Positions 58,509 to 64,000 of a DNA stretch of 64,000 nucleotides are shown here, one piece after another. Under the pieces are notes generated by a model, which saw nothing but the letters and a program-made list of their open reading frames with translations, did no database searches and had not been told where the DNA came from. Position numbers and translations under genes: made by a program. The stretch spans positions 2,624,001 through 2,688,000 of the forward strand of contig OZ244922.1 in assembly GCA_965221905.1 (NCBI GenBank), written 5' to 3'. How positions within the stretch are numbered: the stretch's first letter is position 1; every line of letters starts with the position of its first letter. This DNA comes from Chloroflexota bacterium. Lineage in GTDB: Bacteria > Chloroflexota > UBA11872 > VXOZ01.

Positions 58509-58895
58509 ATGGCGGTTTTCTTGCATACACGCATACGTGTGAGCGATTTGGACAACTCGATTAGTTTCTATAGTGAACGCTTAGGCTTCAAATTGCTAAG
58601 CCGGAGCGAGCGCTCCCCCCACGGGAATCAGATCGCGCACCTGGAGCTGCCCGGCAACCTGCATACGCTGGAGCTTACCTACTCCGACGACTATGACCTT
58701 AACGTCCCTGAGGACCTGATGCACCTCGCCATCGGCGTCACCGACCTCATTGCATTCTGCGCCGAATTGGAGGAAAAGGGAATCGAGATTTGGCCGGACG
58801 GTTGGCGCGAGGTGTTCGCCGCGGGCAGGAAGATGGGATTCATCGACGACCCCGACGGCTACGAAATCGAACTGCTCGAGCGGGCGGAAGCTTAG
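58509..58895 (+). CDS. VOC / glyoxalase I-like protein
   Basis: FLHTRIRVSDL..SI.FY, LELTY, HLAIGV, FIDDPDGYEIEL. Confidence 0.9.
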   Translation: MAVFLHTRIRVSDLDNSISFYSERLGFKLLSRSERSPHGNQIAHLELPGNLHTLELTYSDDYDLNVPEDLMHLAIGVTDLIAFCAELEEKGIEIWPDGWREVFAAGRKMGFIDDPDGYEIELLERAEA

Positions 58896-59168
58896 GGGAG
58901 CCGGCCCAACGTACATCGGGGAATGCGCGGATTCTAAAGCTAGGCTCAAGCGACGGACTAGTGTATCAGAATGTCGCCTAGCGTTAACTAAACTGTCTCG
59001 ACCGCAGGGAAAAGCCGCAAGAGTCCGTGCATTCATCTGGCAATTGGGGCAGCATGGCACAGTGCGCACGACCTGAGAACCAATGGATGCATTCTCCATC
59101 TCGGGCACTACAGGTTTCATAGGTCTTAGCAATTGGATCGCGCAAACAGGCCCGCTACTTCCCTACCT

Positions 59169-59690
59169 TCATGTAAGGTATTCCGGCGCGGCCTCTGCGT
59201 ACCAATTCCGATCGGCGAAGTGGCGAGTCTCCTCCAGGTCAGTTGCCGTTGCCAGGATGGCCTCCATGGTTTCCCCTGTGGTTGGGTGCTCCACGAGCGG
59301 AGCAATCTCCGTTAGAGGACACAGCGTAAAACCGCGTTCGGTGAGCCGCGGATGCGGGATAGAGAGTGATGGAGAAGCAATCTGCTCATCCCCATAGAGC
59401 AGAATGTCTATGTCTATCGTGCGCGGCGCGTTCGGAAACGATCGAACCCTACCAAGTGCTCTCTCGATTTCCAAGGCAAACCGGAGGAGTTCCCTGGGAC
59501 CTAGCTCTGTGAATCCTTCGAGCACGGCATTCAGAAACCATGGTTGCTCGGTGTAGCCCACGGGTTCGGTTTCGTAGACTGACGACACTTGCGTAAGCAT
59601 AACCTCAGCATGCAGCCGCCGGGCCGCGCGTTGTAGATTGGCGAGTCTGTCGCCGACATTGCTGCCAAGGCTGAGATAGACAACAGCCAC
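59169..59690 (-). CDS. folK: 2-amino-4-hydroxy-6-hydroxymethyldihydropteridine diphosphokinase
   Basis: YLSLGSNVG, SSVYETEP, FLNAV, PRTIDIDIL, PHPR..ERGF.L.PL. Confidence 0.95.
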   Translation of the reverse strand: MAVVYLSLGSNVGDRLANLQRAARRLHAEVMLTQVSSVYETEPVGYTEQPWFLNAVLEGFTELGPRELLRFALEIERALGRVRSFPNAPRTIDIDILLYGDEQIASPSLSIPHPRLTERGFTLCPLTEIAPLVEHPTTGETMEAILATATDLEETRHFADRNWYAEAAPEYLT

Positions 59691-59703
59691 GACCCTACAC
59701 CCC

Positions 59704-60960
59704 CTAATCCGTGGTCGTAACGTCCTCTGCGCCACCGTCACCGTGCAGCCACACCTTATGTACGGCTACGCCAAGCTCACGTGTATCCGGGGAGCCGAGC
59801 ACCTCATGCGGGTTCCATGGCTCATCCCAGAGAAAGGCAACATCAAGGCGCGTGTTAGCATCCTGCGGCACAGGAAACTCGATCTCCTGCCACTCACCCG
59901 GTGGCAACGAAACCGGGTATTTTACCTCATTCGTGTAGACGGCGCCGGTTACGGGTCTGTTCAGTTCCTTTGGACCGGAAAACAGGTTTATCGAAATAGT
60001 CTCCTGTCCGCTGTACTTGAGACGCACCAACGCATCACGGCTCGTCCACCGTATTTGAGGCGGCCAATTCTCTCGGGGATACCACCCGCCACCCAATTGC
60101 GGATCCTCATTCTCCCCCATCACAACAGCGCTCTCGGTGACGCGACGATAAGCATAGATGTCCGCGTACATGTCCTGCGGATAGCCATAGCGCGCCTTGC
60201 CAACCGCACGCGCGCGTAGCATAACCACGTCTTGCTGTCCTCTCAGCAGCCCAGTTCGCGTTGCCGCCCGCACGACTGCATCAAGAATTCGTGGATGATC
60301 GTAGGAGCAGTCGTGAATAGAGTACAGTTCTTCAACTTGATAGTTGCAGGCTTGCAATAATCGGCGTAATTCGCCGGCGCTGAATTCGCGATGGTGGCGC
60401 GCATAGCTGTTAAAGCCTGAATATGGCGGATAGATATTCTTGCCACTCAAGAACTTCAGAATATTCGTATAGCGGAATGGATTAGGCGTCGAGATAATTA
60501 ACCGTCCCTCAGGCTTGAGCACACGGTGTATTTCATACAGAGTCTGTGTGGGATCGTACGTGAGGTGCTCGATGACCTCACAGTAGAGAACGAGATCAAA
60601 GGAGCCATCCGGGTAGGGAAAGGGGTCATACTCGATATTTACTCCCTCGTATTGTATGGTCCGCGTAAACGGATACTTAGTGCTATGCAGGCGCACGGTG
60701 CCGCCATCGACGTCCAACCAATACGGCTCGTTAATTGGGGACACTGCAAAGTTGGTGTAGCGAAGAAGCAACGCCGTCATATAGTACGGCATTGCACCGA
60801 TTTCAAGTACGTTAGCTTGAGATGGCAGATCGTCTGGAATGAGTGCAAAGGTGGCGCCCAGCCGGTCAAGCGCAGTACTAAGATAGTCGCTGATCTCTTT
60901 CTGTTCCGCATGTTCGAGCGATCGAAGAAAGTTCAGCGCCTCTTCGTTGTCCAGCTTCAT
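59704..60960 (-). CDS. Class I SAM methyltransferase with C-terminal accessory domain
   Basis: VLEIGA, FDLVLYCEVIEHL, RVLKPEG...STPN, H.REF. Confidence 0.88.
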   Translation of the reverse strand: MKLDNEEALNFLRSLEHAEQKEISDYLSTALDRLGATFALIPDDLPSQANVLEIGAMPYYMTALLLRYTNFAVSPINEPYWLDVDGGTVRLHSTKYPFTRTIQYEGVNIEYDPFPYPDGSFDLVLYCEVIEHLTYDPTQTLYEIHRVLKPEGRLIISTPNPFRYTNILKFLSGKNIYPPYSGFNSYARHHREFSAGELRRLLQACNYQVEELYSIHDCSYDHPRILDAVVRAATRTGLLRGQQDVVMLRARAVGKARYGYPQDMYADIYAYRRVTESAVVMGENEDPQLGGGWYPRENWPPQIRWTSRDALVRLKYSGQETISINLFSGPKELNRPVTGAVYTNEVKYPVSLPPGEWQEIEFPVPQDANTRLDVAFLWDEPWNPHEVLGSPDTRELGVAVHKVWLHGDGGAEDVTTTD

Positions 60961-62621
60961 GTCGCCACCCCGCTCGGTGCAGTGTTGGGAACATCTTGGT
61001 CTGACACCACTTGAGCCACGAGCTTGAGGAGCCTGTCTGCAAACTGCTCCTCGCTAAATCGCTCAGCTCGCCTCACCGCCCCGGCACGTAACCTGGAAAC
61101 CAGCGCCGGATCGGCAATCGCGGCAACAGTATATTGCTTCAGCTCATCCAGGGTATTCCACAGAAAACCGCTCTTGTTGTGCTCTACGATTTCGGGCAAG
61201 CCCCCTTTACCCAGGACAATAGGCACACATCCGGCCGCCATTGCTTCCACCGGCGTGATCCCAAAGTGTTCGAAGCGCTCAGGATGGTGCGCTTCGTCTT
61301 CACCATAGCCTGTCGCATGCCAATAGAGGGTAGCCTGACTGTAGAGTTGGCGCAATTTCTCGTATTCCACGTTAGGGTGGAGCACCACCGGCAGACCCTC
61401 TGCCAAGTGTTGGACACGCCGGTAGTAGTCCTGGCTCAGCGAATCTTGCGCAACACCTCCCGCTAAGTGAAGCTCCCAACCCGCCAGGTCTTGGCGCGAT
61501 AGCGCTGCAAATGCCTGGATCATCTCTGGAAACTTCTTCTCATGGCTGTGGGGAAAGAACCGGCCTACGCTCAGTATGATAGGGCGTTTCTTCCCAGGCT
61601 GGAGATCGCTGACGTCCACCGGCGGGTAGAGTATTTCGCCTTCCAATCCCCATGACTTTTTTACCCAATGCGCAACGTAGCGCGAAATCGGGCAGAGTAA
61701 ATCGTACGTCCGAATATAGTCCAATGATGGGTTCTCCGGTATGCCATGGAGGCGCAAGCCAAGTTCAGAAAACTGCCGTTCAAACACTAACTCATACAAG
61801 TAGTATCGCCAACTTCGGGACCGTACGGCGGCCACTGCAATTCCGACTTGCCGATAGTCGTGCTCCTCCACCCCGGCGTCATGGGCGGGAAAGGTCTCAC
61901 ACGTCAACGTAATCCGGGCGCGGCCATTCTTGATACACCGCTTGGGGAGAATAAACTCGATATTCTCATAGTTACCCATAGTAGTTTGCAGTGTCGTCTC
62001 GCACAGCAAGTGATCGCCACACGACACCCGTACTGGCACCGGCGGACTGCCGTCAGGACGAAATGATCCCGCGACGATCTGCATCGGTGTGTCGCGTTTC
62101 CAGCCGGTAATAGGCACCTCAACTGTGGCTTGGCCGGCGGACCATCGATACCACCCTCCGCCAAGTTCCTGGATGGCATGGAAACCTTCACGAAATTGGG
62201 GCACCCTGAGTTCACGCAAAAGATGACGGCCCACCCGTTGCCGCAATCGCGCCCCCCAGGTATGCATCCCAAGAAACGGAAAATAGACGAACATGATGCT
62301 GTGCTTGGCCCGGCTTGGCACAAACGAGAAGTGCGACCCGTTAATGAAGAGGTCATATTCCGCCGTAACCGGAGCCATGAGATCGAATGGAAGATCCTCC
62401 ACACAGCGCAGTTTCACTCTGGAAAGGTCAATGTTGAGTCTGCTTCCAATTGCGGCCAGGTCCACCGGTTGATGGGTGATAAGGGTAACATCATGCTGCG
62501 CGGCGAGCGCATTCGCCGCCACCCCTGTATATCGTTCCGCACCCCCCTGGGTATGCAGCCACCGGTTGTAAATGCCAATGTTCAATTTTCTACGCACGCG
62601 TAGTGTGACCCACCTGATCAT
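60957..62621 (-). CDS. GT4 glycosyltransferase with inserted accessory domain
   Basis: GGAERY, ILYPPV, SVGRFF...KK, EHFGITPVEAMAAG. Confidence 0.9.
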   Translation of the reverse strand: MIRWVTLRVRRKLNIGIYNRWLHTQGGAERYTGVAANALAAQHDVTLITHQPVDLAAIGSRLNIDLSRVKLRCVEDLPFDLMAPVTAEYDLFINGSHFSFVPSRAKHSIMFVYFPFLGMHTWGARLRQRVGRHLLRELRVPQFREGFHAIQELGGGWYRWSAGQATVEVPITGWKRDTPMQIVAGSFRPDGSPPVPVRVSCGDHLLCETTLQTTMGNYENIEFILPKRCIKNGRARITLTCETFPAHDAGVEEHDYRQVGIAVAAVRSRSWRYYLYELVFERQFSELGLRLHGIPENPSLDYIRTYDLLCPISRYVAHWVKKSWGLEGEILYPPVDVSDLQPGKKRPIILSVGRFFPHSHEKKFPEMIQAFAALSRQDLAGWELHLAGGVAQDSLSQDYYRRVQHLAEGLPVVLHPNVEYEKLRQLYSQATLYWHATGYGEDEAHHPERFEHFGITPVEAMAAGCVPIVLGKGGLPEIVEHNKSGFLWNTLDELKQYTVAAIADPALVSRLRAGAVRRAERFSEEQFADRLLKLVAQVVSDQDVPNTAPSGVAT

Positions 62622-64000
62622 CGGAGGACTGTAACCAGCGCCCAAGATCTGCCTGTGACACTGTGCGTCCGGTATCAATGACGCGTCTACTCCTCAGAAT
62701 GCTAGGAGTGAGCAAGAGCAATCGAACCCAAACTTTCAAACGGATCCACAAACGACGGAAGTGTGCGCCGGTTGCCGTTCGCCGCAAAAGCAGTCCGCCG
62801 CATGACTGGGCCAAATTCCAAGCTGTCTCGGCAGCATACCGACGCAACTGCTGCTGCGCAAGCTGCCATGGGGCGTTTTTCATGAGCATGAGCAACCGAT
62901 TCAGATCTACATTGTAAGTAAAGAGGGGTGACCACTCTCCCGCTGAACCGCTGTGCACGTGTCGCACAATTGCTTGCGGCACGTACCAGACCTTCCAGCC
63001 TCGCGCGCGGGCTCGCCAAGCAAGATCCATGTCCTCATAGTACATAAAAAAACGCTCGTCGAAGAGACCGACGGCATCGAGCATGTCTCGGCGCAGCAAG
63101 CAAGCAGCACCATTGAAGTGAAATACCTCTTCTGTGGTATCGAATCTACCATCATCCCAGATAGGGTAAACGTGTCCTTGGCTCAAACGCGTACCCCTAT
63201 CGCGGCCGGAGCCATCGGGCAAGACTGAGGAACCTGCATTCTGAATTAAGGACTCTGCATGCTGAAATAGCGATGCAGGGACAGCAACGCGAACTCTTCG
63301 CGGATTCGCGTCAACCGCTCCCTTGTACAGCGTATTTCCGGCGCACGTCAGCGATACGTGCACAGCACGGCTATCGGGTCGCCACGCGGCAAGCGTGAGC
63401 TCCAAAACCCGATCTTGGGCGCCCGATTGCCCTACCGGCAATCCAAGATCAGCCTTCGCATCTGTCCACTGCAGCAACCGGCCTTCTGCGTCATGTTCGG
63501 CTGCATAGAAACCTGCGAGCAGCCGCACCCCCCCACTCTGTTCTTTTTCACCACCGACCACTTCGGCGCCATATACCTGTACCCCCAATCTGCGCTTATC
63601 TCCCGATTTCATCTCTTCATCCGGCACAAACGACTCGCTCTGCAGTAGTAGCGGCAGATAGTCGTTCATGTAGAGCAGTTTCGCAGTGGTGGCGCCAATG
63701 CGTTGGTCGTCGGCCATTGGGCGCACGAGATGAAGCAGCCAATCTGCCTGCACAGCAGTATCGGTATTGAGAAGCGCGACAAATGGAGAGTCAATTGCCC
63801 GAATGGCCCGGTTATTCCCCGCCCCAAAGCCCAGATTGCCTCCGGTCTCCAATACCTGAATATCTGGAAAACGTTTCCGCACCCACGCGGGAGATCCGTC
63901 TGTGGACGCATTGTCGGCCAGGATGACCTTGAAGCGGTCTGAAGGATACGTGGTCTGCATGAGCGCAGTCAAGCAACGGCCCAAATACCGCAGTCCGTTC
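62590..64000 (-). CDS. GT2 glycosyltransferase with inserted domain, 5' end outside the window
   Basis: ADNASTDGS, NLGFGAGNN, LLNTD, FDERFFMYYEDMDLAWR. Confidence 0.92.
   Translation of the reverse strand, partial: NGLRYLGRCLTALMQTTYPSDRFKVILADNASTDGSPAWVRKRFPDIQVLETGGNLGFGAGNNRAIRAIDSPFVALLNTDTAVQADWLLHLVRPMADDQRIGATTAKLLYMNDYLPLLLQSESFVPDEEMKSGDKRRLGVQVYGAEVVGGEKEQSGGVRLLAGFYAAEHDAEGRLLQWTDAKADLGLPVGQSGAQDRVLELTLAAWRPDSRAVHVSLTCAGNTLYKGAVDANPRRVRVAVPASLFQHAESLIQNAGSSVLPDGSGRDRGTRLSQGHVYPIWDDGRFDTTEEVFHFNGAACLLRRDMLDAVGLFDERFFMYYEDMDLAWRARARGWKVWYVPQAIVRHVHSGSAGEWSPLFTYNVDLNRLLMLMKNAPWQLAQQQLRRYAAETAWNLAQSCGGLLLRRTATGAHFRRLWIRLKVWVRLLLLTPSILRSRRVIDTGRTVSQADLGRWLQSSDDQVGHTTRA

Overview
GC-rich bacterial chromosomal window, probably from a monoderm Chloroflexota-like organism (inferred from gene style; possibly host-associated given the ankyrin protein and expanded catabolic genes). 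From left to right it contains: tpiA and iscS; a SAM-cycle/methionine-salvage operon (mtnA-mtnP-PfkB kinase-ahcY-metK) preceded by an unexplained structured intergenic region; an ArsR-led operon resembling phosphatidylinositol-mannoside synthesis (ino1, PatA-like, PHP, PimA-like, PgsA-like); a glycosyltransferase/ribokinase/split-HldE/ndk cluster; a catabolic stretch (atypical sulfatase, hydantoinase/oxoprolinase A and B, FAD oxidase, Tat substrate-binding lipoprotein, NIF3-like, C45) punctuated by GTAG-type REP palindromes; a double-glycine peptide precursor with a complete NHLM-type export trio but no visible maturase, next to tRNA-Asn; arg genes interrupted by an IS5 element and a MITE-like unit; head-to-head overlapping amidohydrolase and hemW genes; zinc-ribbon and ankyrin repeat proteins; folK; and a GT2/GT4/methyltransferase cluster sharing an accessory domain. 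No CRISPR array or rRNA was seen. All calls come from reading motifs by eye, with no database searches.
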